This document shows, one piece after another, positions 25,747 to 34,597 of a DNA stretch of 64,000 nt (positions are counted from its first letter, which is position 1; each line of letters starts with the position of its first letter). The DNA lies in the IMG/VR virus record IMGVR_UViG_3300021559_000006; one strand, 5' to 3'. The notes beneath the pieces were generated by a model. It saw only the letters and a program-made list of their open reading frames with translations. It made no database searches and was not told the DNA's origin. The position numbers were made by a program, and so were the translations under genes. Source of the stretch: an uncultured virus (IMG/VR IMGVR_UViG_3300021559_000006) (lineage: Duplodnaviria > Heunggongvirae > Uroviricota > Caudoviricetes).

Positions 25747-28377
25747 TCAGACCTTGGCGAGAGCCTCGTCCAGGAGCTTGCGGTACAGGTCATCCCACAG
25801 TTCCTCCGGAGGCTGGCCCTGCGCCGCATCCTTCGACAAGCCTGGCCCGTCCTCTGGATCCTTCGGCGGGGTCGCGGAGTTCGGGGCCTTCGCGACCGGG
25901 TTCGGCGTGGGATCGAGCTCGGCATCGGGAACGCCGGGCACATACCCGTTGACGCCGGCAGCGCTGAGTGGCGCGGTGCGGTAGGCGATCATTGCGCGGG
26001 AGAACGCTGCGATGTCGGTCCAGAACACCGGACCCTGGCGGTCCATCAGGATCGCGTCGTCGCCACCGTCGATCGGAGGCTCGCCGATCTCCGCGCGCCA
26101 ACGGTTGATGGTGTAGGCGCCGGAGTTGAGGCGGATCTGCCGGATCTCCTCGACCACGCGGCTGTCCCGGTAGTCGATCTCGTTGAACTCCAGGTGCCAG
26201 TCGGTGATCCCGAAGCCCTCCTGGAGGAGGTGGAAGTTCAGCTTCTCCAGGATCAGGTTCGCCACCGGGATGATCGTGTTGACCCGGAAGGTGTTGTGCG
26301 TCGGGATCATCGCCTCGCCCACGAGGTACATGTGGTTCGGCGAGTCCACCCGGATGCATCGCATGGGCCGGTCCGGGATCTTGGTGGCGCTGACGATCGT
26401 GCGGTGGTGCAACTGCATCGCCGCACGCTGCTTCGGTGACCACTTGTCGGCCTTCCGGGCGAGCCGGAACACCTGGATCGTCGGGGTCCACGTCACGCCG
26501 AACTGCGGCCCGCAGTCCACGCCGTTGAGCATGGCGCGGCCCTTGGCCTTGACGGGCTTCTGCCCCAGCGACCGGGCCAACTCGACCACGGCGTCGGCGA
26601 GCCGCTCGTTGGTGTTGCGGAACAGTACCTGCTGGCCGCTGGAGAATCCGCCGTCGGCGTCCATGAGGCCCTGTAGCAGTGCGAGGCGCTGCGCTTCCGA
26701 GCCGCGCAGGTAGGCAGATGGAACATGCTTGTCCCCGAGCAGCGACGCCTTGCGTAGAGCTGTCCGCAGTCCGGTAATGGTGTAGAACGGCGTCCTGCCC
26801 GAGCGTCGGGCAGCGGCCTGTTCGGTGATCCCGTAGCCGGCTGCGCGAATCTCGTCGAGCATCTGCTCGTCGCCGACACCGCACGTGACGGTCCCGGAGA
26901 TCCCTGTGCCGTCTCCGAGCCACACGCCCAGCGTGTACGGGTCGATGGGAAGCGTGGCGTCGGGCAGTTGCAGTGCGCCTGCGACGGGGACCGAGTGGTT
27001 GTTGTCGCCCCTGGTGGGGTGGTGCAGCGTCTCGACGATCTCGGCAGTGCGCCGAGTCTCTGGGCCCTTGTCGCGACTAGAGCGCCAGGTGGGCCAGTTG
27101 TCCGGGAGTGCCTTGCCGTCGCGGGACGCCGAGCGGCCGAATGCCTTGCGGTCGGCGTAGGTCCACGTCGTCCACAGGTGATCCGCGCAGCAGTCGATAT
27201 GGGTGCCGTCGGAGAACTCCAGTCGCCACGATTCGGCGTTGGGGACCTCGTAGGTTCCGGTGACGTTGCAGGGTCGGCCGTACTCGTCGAGGACGGTGTC
27301 CCCAACCTTCAGTTCTCCCATGGTCGTCCATCCGGCCGGGGTGGGAATGGGGGTCGCGAGATCCACGGCCTTATCCTGCGCCTCGCCACTCCCGGATCCC
27401 AAATTCCCGGTCTCGATGATGCCGAGCTTGGCCGGAGGCACGCCGAACGTGGAAATGATCTGGTCCCGCAACTGCCGGTCGGCGTCGAGGTAGTCGGTGA
27501 CCTTGCGGCCGTCGAGGACCTGGACGATCGCGCCGCCCGTGGTGAGCAGTGGCTCGCCCACGGCCTTCGGGCCGAGGTTGAACACCCGGTACTGCTCGCG
27601 CCACCGCTGCACGTCCGTGTCTTGGAAGTGCTGCAAATCGACGTGCACGCGCGGCGGGTCACCGCGGCGCCCGCACTCCTTCAGCGTCGCCGCCCAGAAC
27701 AGCCACGACGTGATCGGCAGCAGGCACTTCTGCGCCGGGCTGACGCCATAGAGGCCGCCGCGGGGGGCGTCGAGGCTGATATGGATGACCTGGTCGGCGT
27801 CGAACTTGGCGGTCCGGACGCCGTCGACGTCCTGGATGTAGCCGGACACCTCGCCGTGCTGGTCGGAGACCACGGTCATCGTGGTGGCGTCGAGGGTGTA
27901 CAGGGCGACGGGCTCGCCGAGGAGGGACACGATCTCCAGGTAGGCGTCGCCGAACAGCATCAGGTCCGTGGCGACGTTGCGGAGGAGCTGGACCATGTCC
28001 TCGCGCGGGTTGCAGAACCGCATCAGTCTGCGCAGGCGGGTGACTTGCGGGGTGTCTTCGGGGGTGTCGCCGTTCTCGTCAGCCTCGGCAACGATCTGAA
28101 TGCCGCCCGCGGTGACGGTGCGGGCGATCAGGTCGATGCTCGCCGACACCCAGTTGCAGGCCATGTAGGCCTGGTGGAGCTGCGCCAGAACCTGCTGCCG
28201 CTCGGAGGTTGCCGACGTCAGAGACGACGTGTTCTGGATGTTGAGGGGCAGCCCGTACTCGTAGCCGACACGGCGAACCTGCGCCGGAGTGGGCGCGTCG
28301 AGGGCCTCGGCGAGCGGGGCCGACTCCTGTGCGCGGGTGCGCCCGAAGGCGTCCCGGACGCGGCTCACAAAGCCCAT
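25747..28377 (-). CDS. Portal protein containing an intein
   Basis: HK97-like portal motifs (LFGDAYLEI, YGVSP, FGVPPAKLG, TINRWRAEIG) interrupted by Hint and LAGLIDADG motifs. Confidence 0.93.
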   Translation of the reverse strand: MGFVSRVRDAFGRTRAQESAPLAEALDAPTPAQVRRVGYEYGLPLNIQNTSSLTSATSERQQVLAQLHQAYMACNWVSASIDLIARTVTAGGIQIVAEADENGDTPEDTPQVTRLRRLMRFCNPREDMVQLLRNVATDLMLFGDAYLEIVSLLGEPVALYTLDATTMTVVSDQHGEVSGYIQDVDGVRTAKFDADQVIHISLDAPRGGLYGVSPAQKCLLPITSWLFWAATLKECGRRGDPPRVHVDLQHFQDTDVQRWREQYRVFNLGPKAVGEPLLTTGGAIVQVLDGRKVTDYLDADRQLRDQIISTFGVPPAKLGIIETGNLGSGSGEAQDKAVDLATPIPTPAGWTTMGELKVGDTVLDEYGRPCNVTGTYEVPNAESWRLEFSDGTHIDCCADHLWTTWTYADRKAFGRSASRDGKALPDNWPTWRSSRDKGPETRRTAEIVETLHHPTRGDNNHSVPVAGALQLPDATLPIDPYTLGVWLGDGTGISGTVTCGVGDEQMLDEIRAAGYGITEQAAARRSGRTPFYTITGLRTALRKASLLGDKHVPSAYLRGSEAQRLALLQGLMDADGGFSSGQQVLFRNTNERLADAVVELARSLGQKPVKAKGRAMLNGVDCGPQFGVTWTPTIQVFRLARKADKWSPKQRAAMQLHHRTIVSATKIPDRPMRCIRVDSPNHMYLVGEAMIPTHNTFRVNTIIPVANLILEKLNFHLLQEGFGITDWHLEFNEIDYRDSRVVEEIRQIRLNSGAYTINRWRAEIGEPPIDGGDDAILMDRQGPVFWTDIAAFSRAMIAYRTAPLSAAGVNGYVPGVPDAELDPTPNPVAKAPNSATPPKDPEDGPGLSKDAAQGQPPEELWDDLYRKLLDEALAKV
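26293..27369 (-). mobile_element. 359-aa intein with LAGLIDADG homing endonuclease, class-3 signature
   Basis: Starts QDK|AVDLATPI; ADHLW; LGVWLGDG; LQGLMDADG; MRCIRV; ends PTHN|T. Confidence 0.9.
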
Positions 28378-29927
28378 GGGTCACCTCCGATCAGCACGGG
28401 GAACCCGCCGAACATCTGCGGAGCAGGCGGCGGCACCCGACTCGCGCTGGTCGCGGTCGGATCCAACTCGGGGGCCACGGCGACCGGATCGGACGGGAAA
28501 TGGAACTTCGCCTCCCCACCGATCGACATCAGGAGGTACCGGCTGGCGTCATACCAGTGGTCGGGACCGTCGGTGTCGACGTCTTCGGGGCGGTGCGGGT
28601 CGCGGGGTAGTTCGCCCATGGTCTTGGTGAACTGCGGGCAGGAGCCGTCGAGGATGTGGAGCAGCGGGCAGGTCGCCCAGCCGAGTTCGCGGTGGTGAGC
28701 GCAGGCCGGGGCCTCGGCGAGGTAGCTGTGCATCCGGGACTTGCCGCCGAGACGGTCATTGTCCGCCTTCGTGAGATGTAGGCCCTCGGTGGCCATCTGA
28801 TCAGCTGGCGGCAGAGAGGACCCAGTCTTGCCCCACATGGCGGGGTCGGCGGCGATGGCCTGGACCTGGTGGCCGCTGTTCGCGTCGAGGATCTTCTTCG
28901 CCTGCTCGCGCTCCGGGGTCTGCACCATCGTCAGCTCGCGGTAGAACCACAAGCGCCCGTCGCCGTCCCGCGCCGCAGCAAGGTAGACGGAGGGCGCGGC
29001 CCAGCCGTAGTCCATGCCGCCGCGACGCTGCCACGTGGCAGGGATCTCGAACGGCGGCACGACGATCCGGTCGCGCTTCCAGTCGGGGAACGCGGCGTCG
29101 GGCATCGCGGACCAGTCTCCGTCCTTGATACGTGCGCGCAGGTCCGGGTCGGCGATGCCTTCGAGGGTCTTCTCGTAGTCGCCGACGTACGGGTTGTCGG
29201 ACGCCTTGGCGGGGATGAACAGGCGGCGCCGTCCGGCATTGTCGACGATCTCTTTGGTGCCGTAGTCGGTCGCGTCGACGTAGTCGGCTTTGACGACGCC
29301 GTGTCCGATGTGGCCGGGGTTGCTCGCGGAGCGAACGCCGAGGCAGGGGACACCGGCGACGCCTGAGCGGACGCGCGTGTAGAGGAAGTCGACGACGTCG
29401 GGGGGCATGGTGGTGCGCTCGTCGATGACCAGCATGTTGATCTCTGCGCTGCTCAGCGCGGCGGCTTCTTCCATGTTCTTCGCGTGGGCGAAGGTCAGGA
29501 TCGAGGCACCAGGGAAGCGGAGCTCGTACTTCGAGCCGTTCCACTGGCCGCCCACGGCCTTGGCGTAGTTGTAGCGCGCCAGGTTCCGCAGGACGGATTG
29601 GTTGAGCTGCGGGAACGTCTTGCGGAACCAGAAGATCTGAATGCCCGGGTAGCGGATGCAGGTGCGGATGACCAACGCGAGCAGCGACGCCGACTTGCCG
29701 CCGCCGCCGGCCCCGCCATAGAGGACGTCGAGGTCTTCATCGGGCAGGTTGAGGAACCGCTCCTGCGGGCATCCGCCGCACATTGGCGGCAGTTCAGCGT
29801 CGGAGGCTCCGGCGAGGCGGGCGAGGGCCCGCGGCTTGCATACCGGCTCGAAGCCCAGCATGGTGAGGGTGTCGGGCTTCTCGAAGTTCCGAGCCGCGTA
29901 TTCAGCCCAGTCGAGGATGGCGGTCAT
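28365..29927 (-). CDS. terL: Terminase large subunit
   Basis: Walker A GGAGGGGKS, Walker B LVIDE, ASNPG, nuclease GMDYG and DHWYDA. Confidence 0.95.
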   Translation of the reverse strand: MTAILDWAEYAARNFEKPDTLTMLGFEPVCKPRALARLAGASDAELPPMCGGCPQERFLNLPDEDLDVLYGGAGGGGKSASLLALVIRTCIRYPGIQIFWFRKTFPQLNQSVLRNLARYNYAKAVGGQWNGSKYELRFPGASILTFAHAKNMEEAAALSSAEINMLVIDERTTMPPDVVDFLYTRVRSGVAGVPCLGVRSASNPGHIGHGVVKADYVDATDYGTKEIVDNAGRRRLFIPAKASDNPYVGDYEKTLEGIADPDLRARIKDGDWSAMPDAAFPDWKRDRIVVPPFEIPATWQRRGGMDYGWAAPSVYLAAARDGDGRLWFYRELTMVQTPEREQAKKILDANSGHQVQAIAADPAMWGKTGSSLPPADQMATEGLHLTKADNDRLGGKSRMHSYLAEAPACAHHRELGWATCPLLHILDGSCPQFTKTMGELPRDPHRPEDVDTDGPDHWYDASRYLLMSIGGEAKFHFPSDPVAVAPELDPTATSASRVPPPAPQMFGGFPVLIGGDPWAL

Positions 29928-29943
29928 CGGCCGCCTCCGCGAC

Positions 29944-30702
29944 TCAGGAGATCAGCGCGCGCAGGTGCTTCGGTACGACGTCGGGGACGAGTGCCAACTG
30001 TTCAGGGGAGAGGCGCAGATCGGAGAGGATGCCCCGGATGGCCTGCGCGACCTGCTCGCCTTGGGACTCGGCGAGCTTGACGCGACGCTCCTCGATGCCG
30101 GCCCGAATGGCTTCCGAGCAGACCTTGACGAGGTGGGCGCGCTCGGTTTGGTAGAGCCGGAGCCAGACGTTGGGGCCCGCTTCGTGGGTATCGCCGCGGT
30201 CTTCGCCGCCGGTCTTGCTGCGGACCTTGCCCCAGACGAGCGGGTTCTCAGTATCGTCGCCTGTCGCCTGAGTCTCGATCTCCTGGACGCGTTCCCGTAG
30301 CCAGGCGACGTGCCCGGCTGTCCACTTGACCTCTTCAAGGAGGGCTTCGGTGGCCGTGGTCTCGATTTTTCGGCCGTAGGTCTGCATGATCGCGCGCGCC
30401 CTTTCCTCGATGAGGCGGCGCTGGGCGGCGGCCTTGTTCTGGGGTGCGTGCCCGCCGTGGAAGCCGCAGATGGTCTGCCCTTTCAGGGCCCAGCAAGGAC
30501 AGCGCTGGCCGGGGCTCTTCGGGTGGTTCTTCGACAGGTGGGCGGTGCAGCGCCGCCCGTCGGGGATGAAGTGCTGGTTGCAGTAGTCAGTGCCCGGCAA
30601 CTTCCGCTGCTCGCAGCGCTGGCCGCGCAACTCGGGGCGCTGGCGGTACTTCTCGCCGTAGATGCCGCTGCAGCGCTCTTCGTCTGGCGGCACACTGGCC
30701 AT
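29944..30702 (-). CDS. terS: Terminase small subunit (zinc-finger / HGG-type N-terminus)
   Basis: Directly upstream of terL; C..C..CGFHGG motifs; helical C-terminus. Confidence 0.75.
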   Translation of the reverse strand: MASVPPDEERCSGIYGEKYRQRPELRGQRCEQRKLPGTDYCNQHFIPDGRRCTAHLSKNHPKSPGQRCPCWALKGQTICGFHGGHAPQNKAAAQRRLIEERARAIMQTYGRKIETTATEALLEEVKWTAGHVAWLRERVQEIETQATGDDTENPLVWGKVRSKTGGEDRGDTHEAGPNVWLRLYQTERAHLVKVCSEAIRAGIEERRVKLAESQGEQVAQAIRGILSDLRLSPEQLALVPDVVPKHLRALIS

Positions 30703-31130
30703 CAGCCTGCTCCGGCCGCCATGGCTGCGGCCCAGTGTGCGGGGACTTCCTGCACGGTCTGCATGGGCCCGTTGTTGGGGAGAGGTTCGGGGTCGCAGCC
30801 GCACAGGGGGAGGGCGGTCGCGTCGGGCCCGGCACACTCTGCCTGATGGACTTGGGCGGCGGCGTCCATGTGGATGGCGTGTGCCCCGCAGGCGAGGACG
30901 GCGTGCACGAAGTCCGCAGTGGTGGGCATGGGGCCGAAGTCGGGGGGCGGGAGTTGGATGTCGCGCTGCGCGTACAGCTCATCCCGCCGTGCCTGCTCGA
31001 TCGTGAGCTGCTCAGCGAGCTCCGCATCAGTGAGGCGGCGCTGCCATTGCACAAGCGGCCGTTCGGGGCAGCCGGTGGCGTGGCAGGTGGCCGGAGCGGG
31101 CTGGAGTTCGATAGCGTCCATGTCGGTCAC
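30702..31130 (-). CDS. Cys-rich hypothetical protein
   Basis: GGAGG RBS, coupled to terS. Confidence 0.6.
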   Translation of the reverse strand: MTDMDAIELQPAPATCHATGCPERPLVQWQRRLTDAELAEQLTIEQARRDELYAQRDIQLPPPDFGPMPTTADFVHAVLACGAHAIHMDAAAQVHQAECAGPDATALPLCGCDPEPLPNNGPMQTVQEVPAHWAAAMAAGAG

Positions 31131-31135
31131 CTCCG

Positions 31136-31444
31136 TCAGGCGGTGGGGGTGACCACGGTCGGGTCGGGGTGCTGCGCGGGTGCGGGGTTGATGGCGTCCT
31201 TGGCGTCGGTGACGGCCTCGCTGGCGAGGTGTTCGGCGTCGTGCTCGACCTCGGCCACCACGGGTGCGGCGGCCTTGACCGTGTCGGCCTCGACCTGCGC
31301 GACGTCGGCCCTGGCCTCGGTCTCCAGCACGGGCACGTCGGTCTTGAAGTGCGCGAGGACGTCCTCGGCGAGGGCGACGAGGTGGTGGCCTTCGGCCTTG
31401 AGGCCGTCGCGCAGGACGGTGAGCTTGTCGATGAGTGCGGACAT
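31136..31444 (-). CDS. Acidic helical hypothetical protein
   Basis: AAGGAG RBS, codon bias. Confidence 0.65.
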   Translation of the reverse strand: MSALIDKLTVLRDGLKAEGHHLVALAEDVLAHFKTDVPVLETEARADVAQVEADTVKAAAPVVAEVEHDAEHLASEAVTDAKDAINPAPAQHPDPTVVTPTA

Positions 31445-31472
31445 GGCGGTACTCCTTGAGGGTGAGGGTGGG

Positions 31473-31751
31473 TCAGACTCGCTCGGGCCAGTGCCAGGTG
31501 CCGCCTGCGTAGTCGAGGGCGCCGCAGAGGTTCGTGCCCCCGAGGCGGTCCGGCGACCCGAGGTCGCACGGGACGTCGCGGTTGAAGAACTGGCCGGTCG
31601 GGTTAGCGACCATCAGCCCGACGGACATGTCCGCGTCCGGGTGCTCAGTCACTTCAGTGACGATCGCGGCCCGGCACTCGCGGTTGTACTCGCCGCCCGG
31701 GGTGCCGTAGCTGACGTAGTGGACGATGCGGCCGACGCTGGGAGTGGTCAC
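31473..31751 (-). CDS. Conserved actinophage hypothetical protein (PSVGRIVHYV motif)
   Basis: PSVGRIVHY...AAIVTEV...GTWHWP. Confidence 0.75.
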   Translation of the reverse strand: MTTPSVGRIVHYVSYGTPGGEYNRECRAAIVTEVTEHPDADMSVGLMVANPTGQFFNRDVPCDLGSPDRLGGTNLCGALDYAGGTWHWPERV

Positions 31752-31948
31752 TTGGTGTCTCTCGCACAGCGCTTGCAGGGCAGCTGCCGGTGGTGCACTG
31801 AGCAGGACAGGTCGCGGGCGGGTTCGTAGCGCGGGGCGGGCCCGTTGTAGAACGCGTACTCGCGGGACAGCGTGCGCGAGTGGGCGCGGCGCTGGCTGCG
31901 GGTGGGGAGAACGAGCATGAGGGTGCTCCGAGGGTGAAGGTTGGTGGG

Positions 31949-32161
31949 TCAGGGTTCGGTGAGTTCGGTCCACTGCACGGCGAGGTACACAAAGCCGCCC
32001 TCAACCGCGGTGACCTGGGCGGGCCCGGTCAGTCCGGATTCGCTCTCGTACACGACGACGTGATCGCCGACCGCGATCGGCCCGGTGACGTCGTCGAGGG
32101 TGGTGTAGGTCTGGTTGCTGCGGACGCGCACGTTCGGGTCGATCTCGATACGGGTCCGCAT
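31949..32161 (-). CDS. Small beta-barrel hypothetical protein
   Basis: TGATG coupling to the upstream stop. Confidence 0.55.
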   Translation of the reverse strand: MRTRIEIDPNVRVRSNQTYTTLDDVTGPIAVGDHVVVYESESGLTGPAQVTAVEGGFVYLAVQWTELTEP

Positions 32162-32973
32162 CAGGCGGCGGGGAGCAGGGGCCGCATCGCGGCGGCGACA
32201 CGGCCCGCGCACCACAGCGCTGCGGGCATGCGGGGGTGGACACCGTCCCAGGTGGCCCGGTGGCTGAGCGGGGTCCAGTCGGCGACGACGACCCTGGGGG
32301 AATTGAACGACGCGACCGCGTTCAGGACGTAAGTGTCGACCTGCTGCTCCCCGCTGGCGAGCCACTGCGCCAGGGACAGCGCGGGCTCGACGCACACGAC
32401 CTGGGTCACCGTCGCATAGTTCAGGCACTGGCTGACCGCCGCCTCGAACCGGGTCGTCCAGTCAGTCAGGTCCGGCTGGGCTGCGTCGTTGGTCCCGAAC
32501 TGGAGGACCACCACCGACGGATTGGCTGCGGCGAGCGCGGCGGCGATGTTCGGCTGTTCCTCGCGCAGCGTGATCCCGCCGACCGCGAGACGGCTGACCG
32601 AAGCGGCATAGCCCCAGCGGTCGAGGAGCGGTGGCAGCAGGCCGGCGTAGCCGACGCTGTCCGCCGGGGAGTTGCCTTGCGGGTTGGTGAACCCTTGGGT
32701 TCCGGTGCCCAGCGAGATGCTGTCGCCGACAACGAGGACGGGCACGGCGACCGGGGTGACGTTGCCGATCTTCCGCATGAGTTGCCGGGTGGCCATCTCG
32801 CCCATCAGCGCCTGGTAGGCCATGTACTCCAGGCCCAGTGCGATCGCCTGGTTGTTGTAGAGGGCGACGGACTGATCGTCCCAGGTGACGCCGCTGTACT
32901 CGGTGTAGCCGTCAGTGGTGACCCCGGCCGTGATGGCACACGCGGTCTGGGGGTCGTACGGGGGCGTGGTCAC
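32161..32973 (-). CDS. Second SGNH/GDSL hydrolase
   Basis: GDSIS, GTND and DGVHP blocks; GAGGAGG RBS. Confidence 0.88.
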   Translation of the reverse strand: MTTPPYDPQTACAITAGVTTDGYTEYSGVTWDDQSVALYNNQAIALGLEYMAYQALMGEMATRQLMRKIGNVTPVAVPVLVVGDSISLGTGTQGFTNPQGNSPADSVGYAGLLPPLLDRWGYAASVSRLAVGGITLREEQPNIAAALAAANPSVVVLQFGTNDAAQPDLTDWTTRFEAAVSQCLNYATVTQVVCVEPALSLAQWLASGEQQVDTYVLNAVASFNSPRVVVADWTPLSHRATWDGVHPRMPAALWCAGRVAAAMRPLLPAA

Positions 32974-32984
32974 AGCTGGCCTCC

Positions 32985-33176
32985 TCATGGCGGCTCGGGC
33001 AGGAATTCGGCGGTCACGCCGTAGCGGGGCTGGCACGATGGCCCGTCATGCCACCAGCGTTCGTGGTCGAGCAGCGCGGGCCCGTTGCAGCGGCTGCACC
33101 GGCCGGGGATCGGATCCCAGTCATCCGGCAGCGTGAACGGCGCGTTGAGGGCGCGGGCCGGATCGTCCTGGGTCAC
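32985..33176 (-). CDS. Small Cys-containing hypothetical protein
   Basis: GTGA overlap; CxxC. Confidence 0.5.
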   Translation of the reverse strand: MTQDDPARALNAPFTLPDDWDPIPGRCSRCNGPALLDHERWWHDGPSCQPRYGVTAEFLPEPP

Positions 33177-33733
33177 TCGGCTCCCGGCTCGGGGGTGCGC
33201 CGCTGGGCGAAGAACGGGGTGACGTAGAAGCCGCCCGGGTAGGCGAACTTGATCCGCTTCGCGTTGTGCAGTTCGATGAACTCGTCCTGCTGCTCGGCCG
33301 ACAGGTGCTGGAAGTAGAACTTGGCCTGCCGCTGGGACGCCTCGTCCTCGCTGAGGTAGGCCTTGTAGCTCTTGTCCGTCGGCCCGACTGTCCAGCCCGC
33401 GCGGACCAGCTCCATGAACCGGTCAGGCTGCAGGCTGCCGCAGTAGGAGCAGTACGGTCCTGCCGGGTCTGTGCGCCAGGTGTCGAGGTTGGTGCCGCTG
33501 CCGACGAATGGCGAGTCGGGCTTGTCGTGGCCGGTCTCGGCGCGACGCGGGCAGGTGTGGCGCTCCTCAGCCCGGTGCTGGTCGGCATGCTCGCGGATCG
33601 GCTCGTGGTCGAGGCCGACGTTGACGGTGAGGCTGCCGTCCGGCTGCTTGCCGCCTGGCGTCGCGCTGGCGGGGATGGTGATGGTCTCGCCACACGCCGG
33701 GCACGGGACGTGGATCGGGTCGATGGCAGCCAT
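33173..33733 (-). CDS. Zinc-ribbon hypothetical protein
   Basis: CPAC and CSYCGSL motifs; codon bias. Confidence 0.65.
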   Translation of the reverse strand: MAAIDPIHVPCPACGETITIPASATPGGKQPDGSLTVNVGLDHEPIREHADQHRAEERHTCPRRAETGHDKPDSPFVGSGTNLDTWRTDPAGPYCSYCGSLQPDRFMELVRAGWTVGPTDKSYKAYLSEDEASQRQAKFYFQHLSAEQQDEFIELHNAKRIKFAYPGGFYVTPFFAQRRTPEPGAE

Positions 33734-33893
33734 CACGTCTCCTGGTCGTCGTCGCTGTCGAACTGGGGGCATTCACACGGCCAGTCCGCCGCAGACCGGG
33801 CCCGGCACTTCCCGCCTTGGGCGTGCTCGTCGGCGACGTGACCACACGAACACCAACGCAGGGCAGGGATGGCGGGCATGGTCACCGCCTTCA

Positions 33894-33970
33894 TGGTCGG
33901 CTCGGCCGGAGTTGAACCGGCGACACCCGCCTTATCGGGGCGGTGCTCTAACCAACTGAGCTACGAGCCA
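33894..33970 (-). tRNA. tRNA-Ile (GAT), CCA encoded
   Basis: TGGCTCGTAGCTCAGTTGGTTAGAGCACCGCCCCGATAAGGCGGGTGTCGCCGGTTCAACTCCGGCCGAGCCGACCA folds into a full cloverleaf. Confidence 0.92.
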
Positions 33971-34058
33971 AGGGGCGAGTGGATGACGGGCTACCGTCAG
34001 GGCCGGTCTCGCCTTGTCCGGCCACCTTCCCGGGAGCTACCCGAGCGGTCAACCGGTC

Positions 34059-34122
34059 CGTGCACTGCCAGGAATTGAACCTGCCTCCCCGCCATACGGG
34101 GCGCGCCCTGCGCTGCAGCACG
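34059..34122 (-). ncRNA. Degenerate tRNA-like element (pseudo-tRNA)
   Basis: T-arm CAGG-TTCAATT-CCTG, anticodon-like stem CCCCG/CGGGG, minimal D-arm, bulged acceptor stem, no CCA. Confidence 0.55.
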
Positions 34123-34250
34123 AGATCAGGTTAGGCCTCGCGGCCCCGCTTTTGTGCGGGAAGGCGGGGCCGCGAGGGGCCCGCTGCGACCCTCGGCGTC
34201 GCGGGCCAACCCCGCACGCCGGACAGGGCAGCACGGCAGCGGGGAGATTG

Positions 34251-34478
34251 TCAGGCAGCGACGGGGTAGATACGGCGGGCGCGTTCACGGGTCGCTCTCT
34301 CCGCCCGGATCACATCCACGGAGCGCACCAGAACCCGGCCCCGCCAGTCCCGGCCGGCGTCCTCCAGCAGCCCGCGGCGACGCCACTTGTGCACCGCATC
34401 GACGGACACCTGCGCGAGTTCAGCGGCCTCAGCGACGGTCCAGAGGTCCTTCTCCAAGGCAACCGCGACATCAATCAC
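34251..34478 (-). CDS. MerR-like helix-turn-helix protein
   Basis: WTVAEAAELAQVSVDAVHKWRRRGLL; GGAGG RBS. Confidence 0.8.
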   Translation of the reverse strand: MIDVAVALEKDLWTVAEAAELAQVSVDAVHKWRRRGLLEDAGRDWRGRVLVRSVDVIRAERATRERARRIYPVAA

Positions 34479-34497
34479 CGGGGCACCTCCAGGCACG

Positions 34498-34532
34498 CAA
34501 AAGGCCCCGGAATCAGCGACTCCGGGGCCCTT
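34498..34532 (-). terminator. Intrinsic terminator shortly after the putative late promoter
   Basis: GGCCCCGGA/TCCGGGGCC stem followed by TTTT on the minus strand. Confidence 0.75.
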
Positions 34533-34567
34533 GGAAGATCTACGAGCGAACATGACGCTCCGCCGGA

Positions 34568-34597
34568 AGCTTAGACATGTCCAAACTCCCTGGTCAA
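34568..34597 (-). promoter_or_regulatory. Putative late promoter (sigma70/HrdB-like)
   Basis: TTGACC-N18-TAAGCT on the minus strand. Confidence 0.6.

Noticed and set aside
26968..28698. 576-aa + strand ORF
   Set aside because: Antisense shadow of the portal gene
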